NCBI GenBank assembly: GCA_016700375.1 | Contig: CP065016.1 | Span: forward strand, 300,001 to 332,000 | Origin: Candidatus Saccharimonadota bacterium | GTDB lineage: Bacteria; Patescibacteriota; Saccharimonadia; Saccharimonadales; UBA4665 | Reading direction: 5' to 3' | Length of the DNA stretch: 32,000 nt | Part shown: piece after piece, positions 23,820 through 31,196 of the stretch | How positions within the stretch are numbered: the stretch's first letter is position 1 | Layout: each line of letters begins with the position of its first letter | The notes under the pieces: model-generated | The model's input: only the letters and a program-made list of their open reading frames with translations | Told to the model about the DNA's origin: nothing | Databases searched by the model: none | Program-made: the position numbers and the translations under genes

Positions 23820-24629
23820 TTATGACGTTGTTTTACGACGAAAAAGCTGGGCAGCGACTGGCACGGCAATGACAAGCAGCAGCACGCACCAGGCAGCCGC
23901 CTTCCACAGGTACCCGCCAACCGGGTTACCAAGTATGAGTGCCCGAATCGCTTCAACCACCTGAGTGATTGGTTGATTTTCGGCAAATAGTTTCAAATAC
24001 TTTCCCATGCCGTCGGTTGGGGTAAACGCACTCGAAGCAAAGGTGAGCGGAAAAATAATGACAAATGTCAGCCACTGTACCGCCTCAACGCTTTTTGCAA
24101 GCACCCCAATAATGGCCGACAGCCAGGAAAACGTGAGCGTAAAGAGAAGCAGTAAACCAAGTATCTGAAACCATTCAAACACACTGGCTTGCGGCCGAAA
24201 CCCAATTACAAAACCCGCCACCAGCATAACCAGCGTGGAAATGCCGTTTCGCAAAATATCTGATATGACATGGCCATTCAACACCGCCAAGTTAGACATG
24301 GGAAGGCTACGAAACCTGTCGACAATACCTTTTTTGAGGTCATTCGTAACCGCAATAGCAGTGGTCGTCGAGCCAAACGCCACCGTCTGCACAACAATGC
24401 CCGCCATGAGAAAGTTTATGTAGCTCACACCGCTCGGCAAGGCCTTTTCTATAGAGCCACCAAACACCGATGCAAACAGCACCAGAAACATAATTGGCTG
24501 AAAAAACGCGCCCAGCAGCTGGTCGGTATTGCGCAGTATGTGACGGCTACTGCGCCGTATCATAATGAGCGAATCGCTTACCATAGAACCTATTTTTGAT
24601 TTTGAGGTAAAGACAAGTTCAACCGCCAT
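23820..24629 (-). CDS. ABC-2 type exporter permease (DrrB-like)
   Basis: It has six predicted TM helices and an ABC-2 style layout. It lies 2 nt downstream of the ATPase gene. Confidence 0.8.
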   Translation of the reverse strand: MAVELVFTSKSKIGSMVSDSLIMIRRSSRHILRNTDQLLGAFFQPIMFLVLFASVFGGSIEKALPSGVSYINFLMAGIVVQTVAFGSTTTAIAVTNDLKKGIVDRFRSLPMSNLAVLNGHVISDILRNGISTLVMLVAGFVIGFRPQASVFEWFQILGLLLLFTLTFSWLSAIIGVLAKSVEAVQWLTFVIIFPLTFASSAFTPTDGMGKYLKLFAENQPITQVVEAIRALILGNPVGGYLWKAAAWCVLLLVIAVPVAAQLFRRKTTS

Positions 24630-24631
24630 AC

Positions 24632-25597
24632 TTACACATCTTCCTTTCCGGCCCCCGTTGGTTTTTTGGTAACCGCCAAAAAAACGTCATCCAGCGTCGG
24701 CTTATGAATATCAAGCGAAGCTACCGTAATCTTGTGCCGCTGAAGGAGCTCGAGAACAGTTTTGACCTCAGTGGGGTGCTCGATAGGCAAGGCTACCTGC
24801 AGTGTTTCGGGGTGAGCAACACCACCATGCGTTTCAAGCACACGGGCCGCGTCCTGCACCTGTTTGTTTTGCGCAAACGTCAGTACCAGCCGGTCTTTAC
24901 CAACCTTACTCTTTAACTCCGCCGCTGTCCCTTCGGCCACCACCTTGCCACCGTCTATGAGTACAATCTGGTCAGCCAGTTGGTCAGCCTCCTCAAGATA
25001 CTGCGTCGTGAGCAAGATAGTCGTACCCTGGCTCATAAGACGTTTAATAATATCCCACATGACCAGTCGCGAGCGAGGGTCAAGCCCGGTTGTTGGTTCG
25101 TCCAAAAAGATGACGGGGGGCGTCGCAATCAGACTCACGGCCAAGTCAAGCCGGCGGCGCATACCGCCCGAGTACGTTTTGCTAGGGCGGTCTGCTGCGT
25201 CCACCAGGTCAAACTCCTCCAGGAGTTCTTGGGCCCGAGCCTTGGCACTTGGGGTCGTCAGGCGGTACAGCTGGCCCATCATAACCAAGTTTTCACGACC
25301 GGTCAGCAGTTCGTCTACTGCGGCTGACTGGCCAGTCAGCCCAATAACAGAGCGGACCGCTTCGGCATCGTCGCGCACATCGTGTCCTTCCACTGTTACC
25401 GACCCGCTATCAGGCAGTAACAGCGTACTCAAAATACGAACCGTTGTCGTCTTGCCCGCGCCATTCGGGCCAAGCAGTGCGAGCATGGTCCCGCGTTCGA
25501 CCACGAAACTAACGCCGCGCAGGACTTCGTTGCTACCATACGACTTACGCAGGCTCTGAACGACTATAGCCGGTTTACGAGTAGAGCTCACACTCAT
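24632..25597 (-). CDS. ABC transporter ATP-binding protein (DrrA-like)
   Basis: Walker A GPNGAGKTT, signature YSGGMRRRL, Walker B IFLDEPTTGLD, and a DrrA-type C-terminal domain. Confidence 0.92.
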   Translation of the reverse strand: MSVSSTRKPAIVVQSLRKSYGSNEVLRGVSFVVERGTMLALLGPNGAGKTTTVRILSTLLLPDSGSVTVEGHDVRDDAEAVRSVIGLTGQSAAVDELLTGRENLVMMGQLYRLTTPSAKARAQELLEEFDLVDAADRPSKTYSGGMRRRLDLAVSLIATPPVIFLDEPTTGLDPRSRLVMWDIIKRLMSQGTTILLTTQYLEEADQLADQIVLIDGGKVVAEGTAAELKSKVGKDRLVLTFAQNKQVQDAARVLETHGGVAHPETLQVALPIEHPTEVKTVLELLQRHKITVASLDIHKPTLDDVFLAVTKKPTGAGKEDV

Positions 25598-25844
25598 ACG
25601 CGACTACCGTCTGTTGTGTCCCTTTTAAACATACCTTACATCTCCATTCTAACTTATTAAATCATGTCCTGTGGCACTGTCACGGTATCGCTGCAAGCGC
25701 AGCGTCAGATTTACGACACAAACAGAGACGGTGTTCTAGTAATACCTATAATGATTTTTGCTGCACTCACTATTTCTTTTGCCTTTTTAAGTATACCGAA
25801 TTGAGCAAAAAAAACTGTAATGTATCAAACAGTTCGAGCCCAGA

Positions 25845-26012
25845 CACGCATTTCGCACTTTGAGCTCATGTGCATTTTCTCCTTGAAGCACGGAAGGAGC
25901 CGTACTGAGGTACGGCGAGTGAGTACTGGAAAGGAAAAATGTGCAGGAGTCAAAGAAGCCAGCGGTGCAAGCAGCTTTGCTGGTTGGCTGGCTGGCTGGT
26001 GCGAAATGCGTG
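25845..26012. repeat. 168-nt imperfect long hairpin closed by a 14-bp perfect inverted repeat
   Basis: CACGCATTTCGCAC (25845-25858) pairs with GTGCGAAATGCGTG (25999-26012). Inner partial pairings are CTTTGA/TCAAAG and a CCGTAC-TGAG-GTACGG hairpin. Confidence 0.6.
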
Positions 26013-26018
26013 CCAGAT

Positions 26019-26034
26019 TGTGGTCTAGACCACA
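26019..26034. promoter_or_regulatory. Perfect 16-bp palindrome TGTGGTCTAGACCACA upstream of htpX; candidate operator
   Basis: The palindrome lies ~70 nt upstream of the htpX start, just upstream of a TATACT box (~26054-26059), in the divergent ABC/htpX intergenic region. Confidence 0.35.
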
Positions 26035-26106
26035 GTTTATTCACTCCCATTCGCTATACTATAGGTTGGTACCGTGGCAACAGCACGGCACGACTAAGGA
26101 GGATTG

Positions 26107-26955
26107 ATGAAAAGTTTTGCAAAAACAACACTGCTACTGGGCGCCCTGACAGGTCTGTTTCTTGCCGTGGGTTACATGCTCGGCGGGCGGAGCGGGGCAA
26201 TTATTGCGTTGCTGCTCGCTACCATCATGAACTTTGGCATGTACTGGTTTAGCGGCAGCATGGTCCTAAAAATGCAGCGCGCCGTGCCGCTTGACGTCAA
26301 AGCGTACCCGCACATAGAAAAAGCCGTACGAGAACTGGCTAAAAAAGATGGCCTGCCCATGCCAAAACTTTACTTCGTAGATTCACCCATTCCAAACGCC
26401 TTTGCCACTGGTCGCAGCCCCAAACATGCCGTTGTAGCGGTAAACAGGGGGATTACCGAAATCCTGAACGAACGTGAGCTTCGCGCCGTTATTGCCCACG
26501 AACTCGGCCACGTTAAGAACTACGATATGCTGGTTTCTACCATAGCCGCAGCCGTTGGCGGCGCCATATCCATCTTGGCGGAAATGGCGTTTTGGGGCGG
26601 TTCTCTTTTTGGCGGAAATGACGAAGAAGGCAACAACTGGGTTGGCGGCATAGCTATGCTTATTCTTGCGCCGTTTGCCGCCATGCTCATACAAATGGCC
26701 GTGTCACGTAGCCGCGAGTTTGGTGCTGATGAGCACGGCGCACACTTGATAGGCCAGGGCGGCGACCTTGCCAGCGCCCTAAAGAAGCTCGAAGATTTCA
26801 AGCCAAACATGGCAGGCTTACAGCCACGCCCGAACGACCAAGCGACCGCACACCTCATGTTTACCAACATGTTTAGTATGCAGGGACTGTCCAGCCTGTT
26901 TTCCACCCACCCAAGTACTGCCGCCCGGGTTGAACGGCTCCAGCGAATGAGATAA
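26107..26955 (+). CDS. htpX: Zinc metalloprotease HtpX (peptidase M48)
   Basis: HELGHVKN (HExxH), four TM segments, C-terminal FSTHPSTAARV. ATG 26107 is preferred because AAGGAGG lies 5 nt upstream. Confidence 0.92.
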   Translation: MKSFAKTTLLLGALTGLFLAVGYMLGGRSGAIIALLLATIMNFGMYWFSGSMVLKMQRAVPLDVKAYPHIEKAVRELAKKDGLPMPKLYFVDSPIPNAFATGRSPKHAVVAVNRGITEILNERELRAVIAHELGHVKNYDMLVSTIAAAVGGAISILAEMAFWGGSLFGGNDEEGNNWVGGIAMLILAPFAAMLIQMAVSRSREFGADEHGAHLIGQGGDLASALKKLEDFKPNMAGLQPRPNDQATAHLMFTNMFSMQGLSSLFSTHPSTAARVERLQRMR

Positions 26956-27026
26956 GACTCAACGTTCAGCAATCAACTACCGAGTTATCAACAAACAACT
27001 TACAACGAATTGCGAAACACAGGTTA

Positions 27027-27055
27027 ACGACAAACGAATGCGGCCGTAAGGCCGC
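27027..27055 (-). terminator. Rho-independent terminator for a minus-strand transcript
   Basis: The perfect GCGGCC-GTAA-GGCCGC hairpin (27040-27055) is followed on the minus strand by ATTCGTTTGTCGTT. There is no U-tract on the plus strand. Confidence 0.55.
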
Positions 27056-27168
27056 TACATACCATCATCGCGCAAGCGATGTAACTAGTGGTGGCCATGC
27101 GGAAGCACCTGGCCAGACTGTTGTCGGCTTCTACAACTTCCGACAGGCAACGAGACTTGTTTGACGAA

Positions 27169-27197
27169 CAGTTAGTATGCCGGTGGCATACTAACTG
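27169..27197. repeat. Perfect 13-bp-stem hairpin
   Basis: CAGTTAGTATGCC-GGT-GGCATACTAACTG. Confidence 0.7.
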
Positions 27198-27273
27198 AGA
27201 GGAGTTGTCGAGTTGGTTGTAGAAACGAAAAACATGTCTGCCAAGACGCTGGAGCTCTGGCCTGGTTTTGGTT

Positions 27274-27303
27274 CCAAGGCCTTTTGACAGCAAAAGGCCT
27301 TGG
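27274..27303. repeat. Perfect 12-bp-stem hairpin
   Basis: CCAAGGCCTTTT-GACAGC-AAAAGGCCTTGG. Confidence 0.7.
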
Positions 27304-27408
27304 TCGGCTGGAAGTCCGAGAACTGCCATGTGAAGCAAGGTTTAGTGATACTGTGAAGTTCGGTAAATACGCTAACGCCTGAGAAAGCGCATGGATCCTG
27401 AAACAAGT

Positions 27409-28491
27409 TCAGGATGACGGGGTGGAGTATACGGTCTTGACGTCCTGCGAGAGGTGTTCGTTCCACATAGGAGCGGTCACGGCCTGCACTACGTCTGCAC
27501 CGGCTGCACGATACTCGGCAAAGTCAGCCGGCGTCATGACGCCGCCCACACCAATAATTTCGTAGCCGTAGCCTTCTTTTTTGCGGAGCGCATCCAGCCG
27601 TCGTACCATATCCAGCCCCGCCCAACGTATGCCCGCACCGCACACGCCGCTTCGTAGCCGACCCGGCCCAGGTAACGCTTGCTCGCCGTTTTCATCCACA
27701 ATGGTTCCTTGTAACGTGTTGATAGCACTAATGGCAGCGACATACTCATTGACATCCCGGATGATTTCCTCAAGGGTAATTTGCTGATCCCGGGTGAAAT
27801 AGCCAATTTTTATGACGAGCGGAGTATCACCCAACACTGCTTTGGTACGCTTACATATTTCAACGACCGCATCGTGGCTGTAGCAGATAACACCCTCGCT
27901 TGCGACATTCGGACACGATAGGTTTATTTCGACCACTTTTGCACCCGCTTGTTTGGCGAGGCCTGCGGCCGTGGCAAAGTCATCATAATATTCATTTGCC
28001 CCATAGCCCTCACGGATTGTCCCCACCACGCTCATTATGAGCAGCTGCCCGTCGCCCACACCCGCGAGCGCAGCAGGCAGGTCTGCTGTCCAGACGCTCG
28101 GGTCTGGCGACGGCACGCCAAATGAGTTAGTGATGTTTAAGGCAGTCGGGGTGGGCGGATAGTCGGGAAGCACGACCAGCGGTTGTTTGAGCTTTTCGAG
28201 CGTCAAATCACCATCTACCGCAATCGGTAGAACGTTCGGGAAAGGATTGCACGGAAACTCGTGTGCTCGCTGGGTTTTATACACCACTACATCGTAGCCC
28301 AGGCGAAAAGCCGCGCTTGTATGCCGAGAGGTCGGCAGGGAACCAGCCGCTATGCCAAATGGGAAGTTTATAGGAAAGCCGAGAAACGTATAGGCCGGTT
28401 CAACACTTGAGTCGCGGTAATCTTTGGCATCAACATCAAAGGGCCCCTCCGCTACGTTCTCTGCATATGTTTTGGTTGGGTCGTATAGCAT
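27409..28491 (-). CDS. pyrD: Dihydroorotate dehydrogenase family protein (class 1-like FMN TIM barrel)
   Basis: GIAAG...YKTQ...NPFPN, EINLSCPNV, IGVGGV...GADVVQAVTA. Its start overlaps the upstream stop (TAATG at 28489-28493). It is the third gene after pyrF and the PRTase. Confidence 0.7.
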   Translation of the reverse strand: MLYDPTKTYAENVAEGPFDVDAKDYRDSSVEPAYTFLGFPINFPFGIAAGSLPTSRHTSAAFRLGYDVVVYKTQRAHEFPCNPFPNVLPIAVDGDLTLEKLKQPLVVLPDYPPTPTALNITNSFGVPSPDPSVWTADLPAALAGVGDGQLLIMSVVGTIREGYGANEYYDDFATAAGLAKQAGAKVVEINLSCPNVASEGVICYSHDAVVEICKRTKAVLGDTPLVIKIGYFTRDQQITLEEIIRDVNEYVAAISAINTLQGTIVDENGEQALPGPGRLRSGVCGAGIRWAGLDMVRRLDALRKKEGYGYEIIGVGGVMTPADFAEYRAAGADVVQAVTAPMWNEHLSQDVKTVYSTPSS

Positions 28492-29165
28492 TACTCTACG
28501 CTCAATAATTTTACATACCCGCCGGCATAATCGGGGTGGTCAGCCTGAAAATCATCGCCATGACCTATATCGGTCACTATCGGCTCGCTTTTTGCGCACA
28601 GCCCATTTGCAGCGCATTCTTCCGCCGTCCAAACTTCGTATTCAACACTGGTCAGTTTCACAAACTTTGGCACATCCAGTTCATCTGCTGTCGCCCCTTT
28701 ATTCGCTGCAACACAACCAACCCCCACAACTATGCCACCAGCTTCACGTACCGTTTTTATCATAGCCTTAACAGAAGCCATTTGGTTTACCATGTCCTCC
28801 AGTATGAGTACACGTTTGCTTGCGACCGCTTTGGCGAAACCTTCACGTTCGAATACAAATTCTCGTTGAGACGCACCCGAAACTTTATCTGCCCACACAC
28901 CTAATATGTCTTTTGTGGTGCCTTCCATAAGATGTTGTGCTCCCCAGTGCGCAAATGGAATTGCGCCCACAGCGGGCGATGCAACAACCTCCACGTTTTC
29001 ATCCGAAAAATGGCTCACCAGCACCTTCATTAGTTCGCCCACCTCGCGCACATGGGGCATAAGTGGGTCTATGTTGCAGTAACCGGCTAGGTGTTTCGTA
29101 CTCACACCTACGAAATGACCCGTGTAAATACAGCCCATTTGCTTCAAAATATCTTCTGGCTTCAC
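28491..29165 (-). CDS. pyrE: Type I phosphoribosyltransferase, probable orotate PRTase by context; divergent PRPP loop
   Basis: ...YTGHFVGVSTKHLAGY... and VLILEDMVNQMAS follow the PRTase pattern of a hydrophobic strand then acidic pair. The tracked 339-aa ORF has a spurious N-terminal extension over pyrF. Candidate starts are GTG 29165 (1 nt after the pyrF stop), ATG 29210 and ATG 29138. Confidence 0.55.
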   Translation of the reverse strand: MKPEDILKQMGCIYTGHFVGVSTKHLAGYCNIDPLMPHVREVGELMKVLVSHFSDENVEVVASPAVGAIPFAHWGAQHLMEGTTKDILGVWADKVSGASQREFVFEREGFAKAVASKRVLILEDMVNQMASVKAMIKTVREAGGIVVGVGCVAANKGATADELDVPKFVKLTSVEYEVWTAEECAANGLCAKSEPIVTDIGHGDDFQADHPDYAGGYVKLLSVE

Positions 29166-29166
29166 T

Positions 29167-29994
29167 TCATTTGCCCTTTCTGTAGGAGTTAATTTCACTT
29201 CGGAGTGCATCTGCTTTGCTGCGGGCGGCCTCGGCAAAGTCGCTGCCGGAGGATACAAATAGTATCTCGCGCGAGCTGGAAATAATGAGCCCGTCGCCGT
29301 GGCTATTCTGCGCGGCCGCCATGGTAGCTTCCACGCTGCCGCCCTGCGCGCCCACACCCGGCACCAAGAACCAAACATCATCGCCCACAATCGCACGAAC
29401 GCGCGCAGCTTCTTCGGGGTAGGTTGCACCGACCACCAGCATGCAATTTTGCTGCCCATTCCAGTCGTTTGCCACCATCTTCGCAACGTGCTCGTACAGC
29501 TTGTGACCATCGATTAGCCGGTCCTGGAACTCACCCGAGCCGGGATTTGAAGTGCGGCAAAGAATAATTGCACCCTTATGACCACGCGCCAGAAACGGCT
29601 CGAGTGCTTCACCCCCAAGATACGGGTGCAGGGTAATCGCATCTGCCCCCAAATATTCGTAGGCAAACTGCACATACCCGGCGTTGGTATTGCCTATGTC
29701 GGCCCGCTTGGCGTCGAGTATGATAAGCACATTGGGCGCCACCGAACGAATGTAGCCGCACGTGTCTTTCAGTACCTGAATGCCTTCGGCACCCCGCGCT
29801 TCATAAAACGCCGTGTTTGGTTTGTAGGCGCACACCAGGTCATGCGTGGCATCGACTATGGCCTTATTGAACGCCAGCTGGTCAAGACCAGCAGGCAGCT
29901 TCGTAACCTCACTATCAAGCCCAATACATACTAGAGAACCGTTTGCCGTAGCCTGTCCTAATCGCTCCTGAAAATTCACGTCCGAGCCCTCCAT
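29167..29994 (-). CDS. pyrF: Orotidine 5'-phosphate decarboxylase (type 2)
   Basis: LVCIGLDS, ILDAKRADIGNT and LVPGVGAQGG are typical of long-form OMP decarboxylases. Confidence 0.88.
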   Translation of the reverse strand: MEGSDVNFQERLGQATANGSLVCIGLDSEVTKLPAGLDQLAFNKAIVDATHDLVCAYKPNTAFYEARGAEGIQVLKDTCGYIRSVAPNVLIILDAKRADIGNTNAGYVQFAYEYLGADAITLHPYLGGEALEPFLARGHKGAIILCRTSNPGSGEFQDRLIDGHKLYEHVAKMVANDWNGQQNCMLVVGATYPEEAARVRAIVGDDVWFLVPGVGAQGGSVEATMAAAQNSHGDGLIISSSREILFVSSGSDFAEAARSKADALRSEINSYRKGK

Positions 29995-30165
29995 TTGCTG
30001 CTATCAGTCTAGCGGAAAACCTTTCTCTTGACCAGACAGCGAGATATTTATATAACCCAGATAGCGTCAGACATATGCTATGCTTGAGATGGTATAAATC
30101 TAACCAGGGTGGCGTGAAATTCGCCAATCGGACGTGATTGACCGTTTGGGGTCATAAGTCGTCGA

Positions 30166-30181
30166 TCCGTCAGCTGACGGA
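30166..30181. repeat. Perfect palindrome TCCGTCAGCTGACGGA (identical to 3071-3086)
   Basis: It is an exact 16-nt match to the palindrome that replaces the D-arm in the tRNA 5'-half duplicate. It lies in the divergent pyrF/EamA intergenic region. Confidence 0.8.
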
Positions 30182-30220
30182 ATGAGAACGTGCAATTCGT
30201 TCACCGGCCGTACAGTCGGA

Positions 30221-30238
30221 ATCCGTCAAACGACGGAT
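30221..30238. repeat. Related hairpin ATCCGTC-AAAC-GACGGAT
   Basis: It has the same TCCGTC/GACGGA stem with a different 4-nt loop, and lies 40 nt downstream of the previous copy. Confidence 0.75.
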
Positions 30239-30268
30239 GCTTCCCAAGGAGGCAGAAAGGGAACTAGT

Positions 30269-31177
30269 ATGAAGAAGATTGCCCAGGCGGGAGCTTTGGC
30301 TGTTATTATCGCCGCATTGCTATGGAGTATAGATGGCCTCCTGCGTCGCCACCTATACTCGCTGCCACCAAGCGTCATCGTGTTCTGGGAGCACTTGCTT
30401 GGGCTGGTTTTTCTGGTACCGTTTCTTCTAAAAACACGCGAAAAGTTTGGCGAACTCACCCGTAAACAGTGGTGGGCGATGGGTCTTGTGGCGCTACTAT
30501 CCGGCGCCCTCGGAACCATACTCTACACAGCAGCACTTGGGCAAATTAACTTCATCAACTTTTCGGTTGTAGTACTTCTGCAGCAACTCAACCCCATCTT
30601 TGCCATAGCCACCGCCGCCGTGCTGCTGCGTGAAAAACTGAGTAAACAGTTTATTTTGCTTTCGGTCATTGCCCTCGCAGGCGCCTACCTGGTGAGCTTC
30701 CCAGACATGCGCGTAAACCTCGATACGGGCAAGGGGACACTTATTGCTGCGCTGTACGCCGCTGGTGCTGCCGCAAGTTGGGGTATCGGTACGGCGTTTT
30801 CAAAGTACGCGCTGAAGGGCACATCCTATCCGCATGTCACGGCAGCACGGTTTGGACTTACGGCCGTACTATCACTGTTTTTCGTCATTGGCAGCGGCTC
30901 GGCTAGCGCGATTTCTGCGCTCACACAAACACAGTTTTTCTACCTACTTGCTATTACGTTTAGCACTGGCCAGGTTGCACTACTCATCTATTATTATGGG
31001 CTACAACGAGTAGCTGCGAGCCGCGCCGCAATCCTAGAACTCGCCTGGCCCCTCAGTGCCGTCATCATCGGCTGGCTCTTCCTGAGCCAAGGCCTGACCC
31101 TCACCCAAGCCCTAGGAGCCATAACCCTGCTCGCCACAACTTACCTGCTTGTTTCTTCAAACAACGAAATTACATAG
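30269..31177 (+). CDS. EamA/DMT-family transporter (10 TM)
   Basis: I prefer the start MKKIAQAG at 30269, preceded by GGAGG/AAAGGG. The two-fold repeated 5-TM pattern is typical of EamA. Confidence 0.8.
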   Translation: MKKIAQAGALAVIIAALLWSIDGLLRRHLYSLPPSVIVFWEHLLGLVFLVPFLLKTREKFGELTRKQWWAMGLVALLSGALGTILYTAALGQINFINFSVVVLLQQLNPIFAIATAAVLLREKLSKQFILLSVIALAGAYLVSFPDMRVNLDTGKGTLIAALYAAGAAASWGIGTAFSKYALKGTSYPHVTAARFGLTAVLSLFFVIGSGSASAISALTQTQFFYLLAITFSTGQVALLIYYYGLQRVAASRAAILELAWPLSAVIIGWLFLSQGLTLTQALGAITLLATTYLLVSSNNEIT

Positions 31178-31196
31178 CCGCCACAACAGGACCTGT

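Noticed and set aside
27230-27420. RNase P RNA on the plus strand (hairpin 27274-27303 as P3, GGAAGTCCGAG at ~27309-27319 as P4, TAACGCCTG further on)
   Set aside because: A full RNase P RNA would need ~300 nt downstream of the P4-like box, which would overlap ~200 nt of the well-supported pyrD-like CDS. I found no 3' P4 strand (ACAGAA..CGGCUUA-like) and no P1/P2 closure.
27024-27466. ORFs 27024..27338 (-) and 27191..27466 (-)
   Set aside because: They have an implausible Cys/Ser/Arg-rich composition and are built across perfect palindromes. The second overlaps the end of the pyrD-like gene in another frame.
29166-29510. N-terminal ~115 codons of the tracked 339-aa ORF 28491..29510
   Set aside because: This part overlaps the 3' third of pyrF in another frame and is Trp/Arg/Ala/Pro-rich. 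PRTase homology only begins near KPEDILKQMGCIYTGHF.
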